DNA of 62,947 nt, filler included, from Choristocarpus tenellus KU-1152 (taxonomy: Eukaryota; Protista; Phaeophyceae), in assembly GCA_964200185.2 (NCBI GenBank). It is 9 parts of 9 records of this genome, joined end to end, with 100 filler letters (N's around TTAATTAATTAA, not from the genome) between each part and the next. Parts side by side here need not be neighbours in the genome. Positions count along the whole stretch, not along the records: positions 41,772 to 59,457 come from CAXNAD020000639.1; positions 59,558 to 62,947 come from CAXNAD020020363.1; 7 more parts are not named here. One strand, given 5' to 3'. The notes beneath the pieces were generated by a model. It was not told the origin of the DNA. It searched no databases and worked only from the letters and a program-made list of their open reading frames with translations. The translations under genes were made by a program, and so were the position numbers. Below are positions 52,329-62,947 of this stretch, in pieces (position 1 is the stretch's first letter; each line of letters starts with the position of its first letter).

Positions 52329-54189
52329 TGTCTGGGCCTTTAAGTTGTAGCTCTTCGGGATGACCTCTGATTACAAAACAAACTTTTGTGTTGGATTACT
52401 GGGAATATTTTACATCAAAGAACTATGTCTCACCCTTATTCGACACTGTCAACCCACCAATCCAGGGCCGCTGCGGAGGCCGCTCGGTCTACTTCAACTG
52501 ATCTAGCCAACCCGCCTTCCTGCTGCCTTTTTTTATCGTAGTGTGCTCTGTCTCGAAATCGTTCCCCCCCAGCACCCTTAACACCTGATTGTACCTCTTA
52601 AACAGACTCCGCCACACCCTCTTGAGCGTGTCTGCACCGTATGCGTGGAACATGCTTGAAACCCCTTCTACAAGTTCATCAATAGTGCTGTAACACTCTG
52701 CCCAAACTCTGCTCTTCAGAGATGCAAAACCCCCAAATCATTGATGTTGCAAGGCTCAAAGTATCTGGGGGGGTGGTGGCTGTCCATTTGGGCTCAATTT
52801 TTTCATGTCGCAATTTTTGTGTGATTTGGTTGCATATGTTGGATGGATAATGTAAATGCACTTCTCCTGGCTATGGTCCAAATGGACACCCTCGTGTAGA
52901 CCCCTCTCCCCCGCCAGATACTTTGGGTCAGATCCAGCGACTGCACTGATTGTGTCATGAACTTAATGTTTCATCCGTCCTCCATCCCTGCTGTGTTCAG
53001 CTTCTGCACTGTGCCCTTGTCCTTATGCAGCATCGCGCCATCCTGCAGTATGGAGGCCGCCCCGATTCCAGTGCCACGGCATTTTTCCCTTGATTGCTGG
53101 CAACAGCTGCTCCGTGTACCACTCTAGGTACCACTCAGTGTCGACGGTGACGTCGGATTCATACTCCTCGCCCTTCATGTGCTGTGCTGTAGTCCATTGC
53201 ACCTTCTTCCTGACGCAAAGCGCCAAATCCCGATCTTGCCGTCGAAATCATGGGAAGGATCCGGACGTGAAACGGCGGAGATGAACATCACTTTGGGAAC
53301 GTGACCCTTGTGCTGCACCTTCGTAGAGCCCACCTTTTCCTTCCCTGGGAACATGTGCACCATCTCTCCTTCGCGGATTAGGTCGAACGATACCTCATCG
53401 ATACGAATGATGTTGAGGCCAGTCCTGTAGGTTTTACAGTTGAGGGAGATCTGGTCGAGGATGAAGTCCACCCTGTCCTTCTTGTGAGAAAAAGAAAGGC
53501 TAGAGGTGACGCACCACTGAACCCTCACTGCCCCCATGGCTTCGAGTCAGCAATGAACCTTTGAGCTGCCAACTGCAAGGCCCGCTTCAGCAAGCTTCAC
53601 GGAAATTTGGTCTATAGTCAGTATGCAATTACTGACATTGATTTCCCAGATCTTCGGTTGTTTCATTGGCGTAATGTCCGATGAACCATCCAGATCATGC
53701 TTGTCATTTAAGGGAGACGGTATTCCCCCTGTCTAACTGTCCTTTGACACGCGCCCACACCCGTCTAGAGTGTCTCTCTGCCACTCCAAACTCTTTCACC
53801 AATTTAGACCCCATACCCCTCGGGACCCTCTCATGGCTCAGAGGAAGAGCCAATGCGTAACACATAGCAAGTGGAGTCCGACCTTCCTCGGTCAGCTTGC
53901 AGTTCTTTCTCCGAGACGGTGGGCTTTGTGCTGGGGATGACGGGCTTTGGGGGCTCGCGATGGGAGTTGTGAGAGTGTTGTGCGGCTCCATGCTGTAGCA
54001 GGAACATTAGAAAATGTTAACATGCCCCATTCTTTGTTTCATTCTTTCGGAACCATTTAAGAATAGAATTCTTTGTAGAATTCTTTGAACTTCAGTTTTT
54101 CAACGTAAAATATTCCAAGGAACCCAACGCAAAAGTTCTTTATGTAATTGGACATCATCCCGAAGAGCTACAACGTAATGACCCAGACG
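52329..54189 (-). mobile_element. Tc1/mariner element of the DD39D ('plant mariner') type with ~95-bp TIRs; transposase pseudogene 53991-52437
   Basis: TIRs ~52329-52424 and ~54094-54189 (shared GTTGTAGCTCTTCGGGATGA). Motifs IIRIDEVSF, QHKGHVPKVMFISAVSRP, FDGKIGIW, LLPAIKGKMP, LQDGA, QS.D..NINDLG, GGNDF; frameshifts. Confidence 0.9.
52753..52929 (-). mobile_element. MITE family B copy inserted in the mariner transposase
   Basis: Full ends GGCTCAAAGTATCT / AGATACTTTGGGTC; interrupts the SPDLN-like motif. Confidence 0.9.
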
Positions 54190-55182
54190 TGTGGAACAGG
54201 GATTATGTTCATAGTTCTTAATAAGGAGGGAGAGCATTTCTATGGCAGTGCCCTATTTCAGTGTTACTGTGATTTTGCACCTGTATTCATTTGTGTTCAA
54301 GGTTGTGAAGGGAGAGAGTGTTTCTATGACAGTACCCTACTATGTCTATGTTATTGTGAGTCATTTTCTTTTGAATTTGTTCATATATATGTTCATCATT
54401 CTTAGGGAGGGAGAACCTTTCTATGGCAGCACCCTATTTCTTTATGACTATGAGACATTATTTTTGCTTCTCTGTTTTTGTGTGCCATGGTTTGAAAGGG
54501 GGGAAAATCCTTTTGTGACCGTACCCTATTTAGACACGAGTGTGAGACTCTGGTGTAGGAGGTTTTCTCTTGAACGTTGAGTCAAGTTCGGAGTGAACAC
54601 CATGATGATGAGGTGCGAGTGTCACGCTAGCATATTTATTTGTCGTCAGGGCAAACGGTGGAAGAGGGTTCTTCCTCCAGGTTTCCTCCTCTACTGGATC
54701 CCCAATACTGCCTACTGATATGATAGGACCTGGAAGTGATCTTCATTTCATTTCTGCTACGTTCGTGATAGGATAATAAGAAGTGAAATTTTACATCCTT
54801 GCCCAATCATGAGTTCTTCACATTGAAGCAGTTATGCTTTATTATGCTGGGGGGGGCATGTCACAGGTGATGTGTCTTAATGGCGTGATTTCGTAACACC
54901 ATTTTGACCTTGAAGTCTAGATTTTGTACACTGTACTTCTTGACTATATACTTATTACTTAGTCATTATGAGGCCATGCATTTGACACGAATGATTTTTC
55001 AGTCCTACATCTATACCCCAACATTAACCAATAGTCAACAATCGAAGTGAGAGATTAAGCATATCTGACAACATATCCTCTATGGCGTCCTCTATGAGTC
55101 TCATCTACACCCTACAGGCTTGTGGATTGGATTTACATATTCCATCGTTGTAAGCTTGCGAAGCGTTTTGTAACAGGGGGGT

Positions 55183-57803
55183 CCTTGCCACCAAAATCGA
55201 TCCTGTTTTGTGGATGACTAATCACTGGTGCTTAATCACGGACTACTTGCTACAGTGTTTCCTATTCCTGAACTCTTCCATATTCTAGTTCATTAACCCA
55301 CACTTATCTTCTATTCTTCAGAAAAAAAATATGGTATCTTCCATCATCAGATTATTTGTTACAGAATTTACTTTTATACATCAAAAAAAGGCATATTCTT
55401 CACACAATCCTCTGTTTTGAAATTGTAACGACAAAGTAATACATCGATCTCTCTTATACATGTCACGAAAACAAAACCCAGTCCCGCTTCAGGTGGTGTA
55501 GGATCATTGGTGGGATTCACATGTCACAGCAACATCGTTCTCACACTCCCCCACTGTGACTTCGGATCCACATCACCAATGCCATTGTCCAATTTTTCAT
55601 CCAACTCCTCTGCCTCCATATTTAACTCCCTTGCGCTGCCTGCTACCACCGGGCTTAACATAACTTTCCCATCAGCACCTTGCCTGGAATCATCCACAGT
55701 TCTCCCACTTAGGCCTGGTTGCACTTCCTCAGGCATCAAGCCCCCCTCCCCTAAATCTATATATGGGGACTTCAGTGGGGATTATAGACATAGGGAACCG
55801 GTTAATAAGAGTGCTGTTAGCCATAGTGTGTGCCTAAGTCCACAATCCTAGTTGACCCCCCAGACCAGCTACCTATATCATGATCAAGTCTTTTCCTGCA
55901 ATCACTGTATTGACCCGTTCCACTTGCCTGTATAATTGAAGGGTTCCAGGGACAGTGTACCGGTGCCTTACCTTGTGTTCATCCTTCTTACACTTGCCAG
56001 TCCGAATTATTCCACCCATCTTGGCATACTTCTTAACCATTGCCTCGTGGCTATGTCCCAGTTGGTGATGCATTTGATAAATGTCAATACGCATAGCGGA
56101 CCTCACTCCCCCACTCGGCCCCCACGAGGCAGTGACATGTGGTGGAGCCCCAGCTGAGGCCAGCTCATCAGTTGCTACATCATCCTCCTCTGGCATTACG
56201 TTCACACTCCAGCCAACTGCTCAAGATTGACATCGACTCTGCCTATCCTTAAGGTAGGCTTCTCCTCCTCGAAAGACCCCCCTGGGTCGATGGAATTTCC
56301 TGCAACCCCTGCATGGGTATGCTCTCTTGGAGCTGCTACATCCTCCTCGGGCTTTCTTCTCTCTCCACTCGACCTCCCAAGATGGAGATCAGAATGAAAG
56401 TATCTTAGAGGGTACGAGTTTTGCCCTGTTTGTCCGTTTGGGGCTTGGCTTCCCGCGGGTTTATTTTTACGACATTCTACCGACTTGGAAATGTTTACGT
56501 TAAAGGTGTGTCCAGAACAAGGACACATTGACACTTCCTAACAAACAAGATAGGTTAAAATAACGTCAAAATCGCAACATTGGACTTTGGCCCCCAAACG
56601 GACTCGACTCTACCCTCTAAGACACTTGAATCATCAACTCTGGTCATCTTTGAGGCAGGCCTCTCCTCCCCAACAGTCCCACCTGGGACGATGGCATGTA
56701 CTTCAAAACCTCCAAGGGTATCCTCTCTTGTCGCTGATACATCCTCCTCTGATATTCTATTCTCTCCAGTCGTCCTCCCAAGATCGACATCTGCTCTGAC
56801 CATCCTTAAGGTAGGCCTCTCCTCCTCAACAGTCCTCCTTGTGACGATGACATCTCCTTCAACGCCTCCAGGGGTATGCTCTCTTGTCGCTACTACACCC
56901 TCGTCTGATGGACTATTGTGGTTGTGCTCAATTTGTTGGGAAAGTCCACCTAAACCTGTCACCAAAGCCGCCATACCCATGCTAGCTTCTTAAAATTATT
57001 CCACAGTTCACTTTGTTGCACATCAAACTTAATGCAGCTCACTCTTACATGGTCCTTGGACAAAAGAATGTCCTTCCATCCGCCCATAGAAGCACAGGTA
57101 AGGAAGTTCTCTCGAACATTGGATAACCTTCCCCATAGTAATATCTTAACCTTCCCCGTTATCATCGCTGTTATATGGCACGGACTTCACTGGGAGTGGG
57201 ATGAGTCGCTGCAGGCCCTCACCTGCAGTCCTTGCACGGTGCACAGTTCTGCTAACTGCCTCCTCGTCTTCATCCTCGAAACTGGACTCGACTTCCTACC
57301 CACCACATTCAACCGCTGTTGCTGGTGTCGTCCTTCGATACTCTGTGATTCTCGTTACACGTCTCCTGTTACCAATGGCCACCTTCATCCAGACTCCGCT
57401 TCCGATCGATTCACACTAGCCTTAAACCTTAGCATACTTCAGATAGTATTACTAGCTAGCATGTTAAGGAAGCTGATGTTCCCAAGACTTGAGTATAAAA
57501 ATGACTTGATTAATTCCTTATTGGGTTGGACAGGTAGTAGATGAAGTAAGGAAGGAGAAAGGAAGAGTGAGCCTACAAGCCCAAATCCTTGCCACCAAAT
57601 TGATCCTGTTATCTGGATCACTAATCACTATTCACGGACTACTTGCTACAATGCTTCCTATTCCTGAACTCTTCCATATTCTAGTTCATTACCCCATGCT
57701 TAATTGTCTATTCTTCAGAATACAAACACGGTCTCTTCCATCATCGGATCATTTCTTACAAAATCTACTAATAATACACATCAATAAAAGCATATTCTTG
57801 ACA
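55183..57803 (-). mobile_element. Internally deleted Ty1/Copia-like element between ~220-bp LTR-like direct repeats (55183-55404 and 57586-57803)
   Basis: GAG-pre-integrase-like IDIYQMHHQLGHSHEAMVKKYAKMGGIIRTG; PPT-like GTGGGGGAG-TG at ~55545; the direct repeats share CCTATTCCTGAACTCTTCCATATTCTAGTTCATTA. Confidence 0.7.
56392..56632 (-). mobile_element. MITE family A copy
   Basis: Full TIRs; 4-bp TSD ATCA, supported by alignment to the neighbouring uninterrupted repeat unit. Confidence 0.92.
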
Positions 57804-58373
57804 GAGCGCATCACTAGACTAATCGCATTGGGTTTTATAACTACTTCAGTGCAATGGGTCACCTCTTTGCTTCCACATGACTCCAAGCCTCGACACGAAC
57901 CACTCCATCTGAATCAACACAACTTTATCCGATTCAATATTCCAACAGGCTATTATGAACCTCACACAATTCCCCTTCGCAAAACGTGATTCCAGCAATG
58001 TTGAAACATAGATAGCCTGCTTCCTCCACGATTTATACTCCGAGTAGATGCAGTTCGGTATCACCAAATAGTGTCAACCGTTGGCCCGTACCGTAGTACT
58101 GATTCTTTAGTTTGCAAGTAACCGCATGGCATGCATACTGCCCTGCGTGGTATATGATCGTGGCTTGCCGTTGCACTTTCTATGGGTGGTAGGAAGTCTG
58201 AAGCACCTCATAGACATTCAACATATAAACTCAGTCAGCACGTGATACACATGAGTTGACAAAGAATTAGACTTGAGTCTCCTCTTCTTTTTTCTTAGAT
58301 CAAACCCTCCTATCTATCTCGTTTTATTACTTTTTATTGGGAGATGTTGCCCCCTTGTCTGACTTTGAATTCA

Positions 58374-58647
58374 GAGTCAAAGTATCTTAGAGGGTAGAGC
58401 CGCGCNNNNNNNNNNGCCCATTTGGGGGCCAAAATCCAATGTTGCAATTTTGATGTAATTTTGGCTATCATGTTTGTTAGGAGATCCCAATATCCTTGTA
58501 CCGGACACTCCTTTTCATAACGTATACATTTTACCTACCACGCCGAAACACTTTGGAGTCGGTAAGATGGCATTATAAACCCATGGGAAGCCAAGCCCCA
58601 AATGGACAAACAGGTAAAAACTCGTACCCTCTAAGATTCTTTCGCTC
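58374..58647 (+). mobile_element. MITE family A copy
   Basis: Full TIRs; 3-bp TSD TCA; short N gap inside. Confidence 0.9.
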
Positions 58648-58801
58648 TCACCCTACAACTGTGTTTACCTCTACACACATCAGGATGGTATATATATATG
58701 CAGTATTATTGCATCCACAAGCCTCTACTGAGAGCACGCATCACTATCCAGGACCACAACACTGAATAGTGCTGTACTTCACTGTAGCCAGTCAGCCTCT
58801 A

Positions 58802-59060
58802 GTGTGAAAGTATCTTAGAGGGTAGAGCCATGTCCGTTTGGGGTCCAAAATCCAATACTGCGATTTTGATATAGTTTTGGCTATCATATTTGTTAGGAAG
58901 TGTCAATGTCCTTGTTCCAAACACACCTTTTCATAACGTATACATTTTACCTACTCCAAAACATTGAAGAATAGGAAAATGTCATTATAAAAAACGTGGG
59001 AAGCTAAACCCCAAACGGACAAACAGGGCGAAACTCCTACCGTCGTAAATGCTTTGGGTC
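58802..59060 (+). mobile_element. MITE family A copy
   Basis: Full length; right TIR diverged. Confidence 0.88.
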
Positions 59061-59559
59061 AGATGGAAGTATGGTTACCTTACTTTTTGCAATCGTTTCT
59101 TCCCGCTTTGTGTACAGAATACCACCTGTCCACGGAAGAATTACAAACTCTTGGACGGAGGTGGTGGAAGTCCTCCTGTTGAGTGATGACAGAATTTCAC
59201 AAAACTCAGATGAACATGCTGTGATGACCCTGCTGAGCCATAAACATGTTGAGTAAACTTCCTATGTCTCACTATTAAAAACTCCAATACCTTTATGGGC
59301 TACTATTTTCTAACCTTCAATCACCAGAATGGGTTATTGCAAGCATCTCACAATGTGGGTGGGGAACAGCAAGTGGACTGTGCTTGGGAGAAAAGAGGAG
59401 GTGAAGGTAGCAGCCACAGTGCTCCAGTAGCGGACCCAAAGTATCTGGGAGGGGGGGNNNNNNNNNNNNNNNNNNNNNNNNNNNNNNNNNNNNNNNNNNN
59501 NTTAATTAATTAANNNNNNNNNNNNNNNNNNNNNNNNNNNNNNNNNNNNNNNNNNNNAC

Positions 59560-60669
59560 AATAATCTCATATACACAAAATAAGGTACACTTCACTATTG
59601 TCCTATTTTGCACAGCAATAAGGTTCAATTACCAGAAAACAGAAATCCAGTAGCACAGGGCGAGGCTATTGTTGTTAGTAGAAGCCATTACATAATTATC
59701 AATAGATCATGGGAAACCTCATCTATCCTGCTTCGTGGACAAGGCCTAATATTGCATGCAGAATGATGTAACTACCCATACACATTAGCACACCTTCCTC
59801 ACAGGACATGGGGACAGCTAAACATTTACTGAGGTATACACACGGGTCTCTAGACCTTCCTTTGAGATACACGTCTAAAAAAAAAATCTGGTTGACTACG
59901 TTGATGCTAGTTATGCGAACGATTACTTGGAAGTACATACTATTAAGAGATCATCTGGGTACATCTTTGAACTAGTTGGTGCAGCAATAGCATTATAATC
60001 AAAATGACAAACTAATAGAGGCGAAATTCTCTACGGAGGTGGAGTAACTACTTTGGCAGCTGCTGATCAAGAAGCCATACATCTTGGAGAATTCGCTGAA
60101 ACGAACCAGGATTATCTGATTTTACGAACACATTGATCAGAGAGGACATCCTGGGAGCACTTCATCGAGGCAGCAACAGCGCTTTCTCTCACAAGATGAG
60201 ACACAATCGTGTACGATACAACTTTTCAAGGGAGTTAGCACCTGAAGGACGAATAGTACTAGAACATGTGGGGATTAAGACTCAACTAGCAGACATACTG
60301 ACCTAGTTTGTGGGGGATAGGAATCTTTAAAGAACCACGTATTGCAGTTCATGGCTCAACTGAAATTTGACTAGATTACATAGATATTAGCTTCCTTGAA
60401 TCATCACTAGAATGTCCTCGCCATTAAGAGCATGCAAGAAGTTGTAGGAATATTGGAGTAGTAACGAACATTGCGAATCAGTGCTGCACAAATATGTCAC
60501 AGAAGTATTGGTAGATATCAGAATATCTTATCTGATGTAACTCAAGACAATAATATATTAAGCTTATCGAACGAGTAACTGTACTGATAGCTATCCAGAG
60601 TGACACTCACAATCTCTCACTCTCTCTTCCACAACTGTAAGGACATCTATGTAATATGGTCCTACAACA
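59560..60669 (+). mobile_element. Ty1/Copia RT-RNase H remnant followed by a probable LTR (60440-60669)
   Basis: LIYPASWTRPNIA, AKHLLRY, YVDASYAND, SSGY.F.L.GA, STEVE, DQEAIHL, QLADILT motifs across frames; the LTR candidate is bounded by inverted ends GTTGTAGGA...TCCTACAACA. Confidence 0.85.
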
Positions 60670-61533
60670 TGATGCACGACGTCTAACACGGGACAGTGCT
60701 TAATTCTGGGAGATAGGAAGGTGTACCTGTATCTTGTTCCATCTTTCTTGATATTCCCGTGCCAGTCCTATAGGTGGTGACTTCTGTCTTTGGAAGTAAT
60801 AAGCTAATTTAAAGGAATGACAATTTAAATATCGATAGTAGTGGCTGTCCGATGAAATTTGAAGAAATAACAAGGGAAACCGCTTTTTAATCGTTTCCCC
60901 CTCTTCTTATCTTTCCCACCAGGTATTTATAACACGCTTCAGAATCAAAATTAACGAGAGGTACCCTCGATTGGTGCATTTTATGGGTGCTGACGTGTGT
61001 GCAAAATCCATATTTTTGAAGAAATGCGTATAGGAACTTTTCCGAATTCTATAGAATTTTTTTCAAGAATAGAGACATCTTAACATATAATCCATAGGAA
61101 AAATGATCAATTGCAGAAGATGAAAGGGATGGCTTTAAATACAATGACCATAACCTGAGTACCTCTCGTTTACCTGAGCTCTTCATTGACTTTAAAGTTT
61201 TCGTGTATATATGGTGCCACTTCCCTAATGTTGTATCGCTCCTTTGTACCTGTTGGCACCTATTCAAAGTCCAGTTGGTGCAAGGAGCGCTAGGAGGAGA
61301 TTTGCAGGATGTAGAGGATTGAGCCGAAGATAGTGAATTAGGATGTGTACAGGCTCGTTTTTGGTCCGCACACTCTATGTCAGTCTCCTTCCTTGTACCT
61401 CAAACCCGCCATCATTCTTCATCATTGGTCACCCACAAATAATGTCACATTAGAGTGGGGAGTAAGCAGTTGGTATAGAGGAATGTAAAACAGGAATTAG
61501 AAGTTCGTGGAGGAGGAATGAAGTTTAGAAGAA

Positions 61534-61705
61534 GGTCCATAGTATCTGGGGAGGAGGTCTACACCAGGGTGTCCATTTGGGCCATAATCAGAAAAAGTGC
61601 ACTTATATTATCCATCCGACATATGCAAACAAATCATCCAAAATTCGTGAAATGCAAAAATTGGCCCAATATGGACAGCCGCCACCCCCCCAGATACTTT
61701 GAGCT
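61534..61705 (+). mobile_element. MITE family B copy
   Basis: Full ends; 4-bp TSD AGAA. Confidence 0.9.
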
Positions 61706-61753
61706 AGAAGTCACCTGTTATTGCCAAACCTTCCACAAATATGCATTAATATA

Positions 61754-62012
61754 GAGTCAAAGTATCTTAGAGGGTAGAGCCGCGTCCATTTGGGGACCAA
61801 AATCCAATGTTGGAATTTTGATGTAATTTTGGCTATCATATTTGTTAGGAGATGCCAATATCCTTGTTCTGAACACATCTTTTCATAACGTATGCATTTT
61901 ACCTGCTCCGAAATATTTTGGAGTAGGTAAAATGTCCTTAAAAACCCGTGGGAAGCCAAGCCCCAAATGGACAAACAGGGAAAAACTCGTACCCTCTAAG
62001 ATACTTTCACTC
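61754..62012 (+). mobile_element. MITE family A copy (best preserved, 259 bp)
   Basis: TIR GAGT(C/G)AAAGTATCTTAGAGGGTA; 3-bp TSD ATA; internal 15-bp-stem palindrome at 61895-61934. Confidence 0.93.
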
Positions 62013-62239
62013 ATATTTATTTCAATATCTAATATTGATATCTATCGCACATACCTCTTTCTTTCCTTCGCATTTAAAGTTGTGTCAAATCCACCAACTA
62101 CGTTTGTCATTTGACGTTTATTATTGCTTCTCTATGTATATCGCTCTCTCTCTCTCTCTCTCTCTCTCTTATATTTAACGTTTATTCCCCATTTCCCATC
62201 TTCCACCTTGCCTCTTTTTCATCCTGCTCTTTCGCTAAA

Positions 62240-62700
62240 CTCAGATGATGGGTCTAGAAAGAAAATGCCCTGGAGCCCATTATTTTAACACCGAAGAAAC
62301 TTGAGGGTGACATATATGTGACAGTGCCTCCATCCCCATTCATCTCGTTGTGACGTATAAGTGGAGTTTGATCAAGCAGTGCAAGCCTGCAGCGCCTTCA
62401 AAGCCGCTACCTCTGAACAAGTAAAACCCCCAAATGCTGTAAGCTATGGCCCAAGTGGGATGATGATTGATTTTGTGAGTCACTTTGGTACAAGGAGGAA
62501 TATTGCCCAGTACTTGAAGGGCGAGAACAGGCAGTCCAGTTTGTTTAAGTGGAATAAGATCCTGGCCATTTGTCTTGACCCTAAAATCGAAATCCTTTAC
62601 GGGAGATCCAAAGAAGAATGAGCAGCACAAAGACATTTGGAGGCAGGTGGAGTTGAAAGCTCTCAGTATTGTTGAGGAGGAGCACAGAGCACACACTGGA
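62240..62700 (+). pseudogene. hAT-like transposase fragment
   Basis: LEPII..PKKLEGDIYVT...PFI followed by ILAICLDPK, a motif order typical of the hAT catalytic-domain C-terminal part; stops and frameshifts. Confidence 0.5.
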
Positions 62701-62947
62701 GGCCAATGATAATTGTCCTGTGGTGAAACTAAGCCCACATTGATGCACTGCCTATCTTGAGCGGGGGTAGACCTCCCACAAAACACTTGAGTGGGTCCTT
62801 AAGAACTTCTATTGCAATGTTTGTGGGGAGTTCAACTTGTGGTGGTGATGAGATGTTGACCCAAAGTATATCGGGGGGGGGGGGGGGGGGGGGGGGCTGC
62901 GGCTGTGGTGTTTTGGTCGGCATGATGAGTGTTGGGGGTTAGAGTCG

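Larger units (their letters stand above)
52095..54545. repeat. ~65-90-bp degenerate minisatellite (GGGAGAGCCTTTCTATGACAGTACCCTATT core) split by the mariner insertion
   Basis: Same-orientation units at 52095-52325 and 54205-54545. Confidence 0.75.

Noticed and set aside
51700-55030. Inverted ~180-bp repeats as TIRs of one 3.3-kb element
   Set aside because: No TSD is seen, and each copy is attached to other LTR-like modules; two oppositely oriented copies of a dispersed repeat explain it better.

Overview
Eukaryotic, intron-rich, repeat-dense draft-assembly window. A stramenopile, probably a brown alga or relative, is inferred from intron style, WRKY19-like zinc fingers, an RTE-type LINE and TTAGGG repeats. 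Eight N44-TTAATTAATTAA-N44 spacers join contigs, so continuity across them is not guaranteed. Genes were reconstructed by hand with consistent splice phases: a complete 9-exon EamA/DMT (WAT1-like) transporter (minus, 12150-4550), the last 8 exons of UDP-glucose:glycoprotein glucosyltransferase (UGGT, plus, 41813-50441), two exons of a WRKY19-like C-x-HGGG zinc-finger gene, and a 4-exon fragment of an unknown gene. The rest is transposon debris: LINE, Gypsy, Copia, DD39D mariner, hAT, an intron-containing Sola2-like transposase and a RecQ-like helicase remnant. The most striking signal is more than 20 copies of three MITE families with unrelated interiors but a shared bipartite end: G-N4-AAAGTATCT, a spacer, then GTCCATTTGG. 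The spacer is about 16 bp at one end and about 26-28 bp at the other, one helical turn apart and reminiscent of the RAG 12/23 rule. The target-site duplications are 3 or 4 bp.
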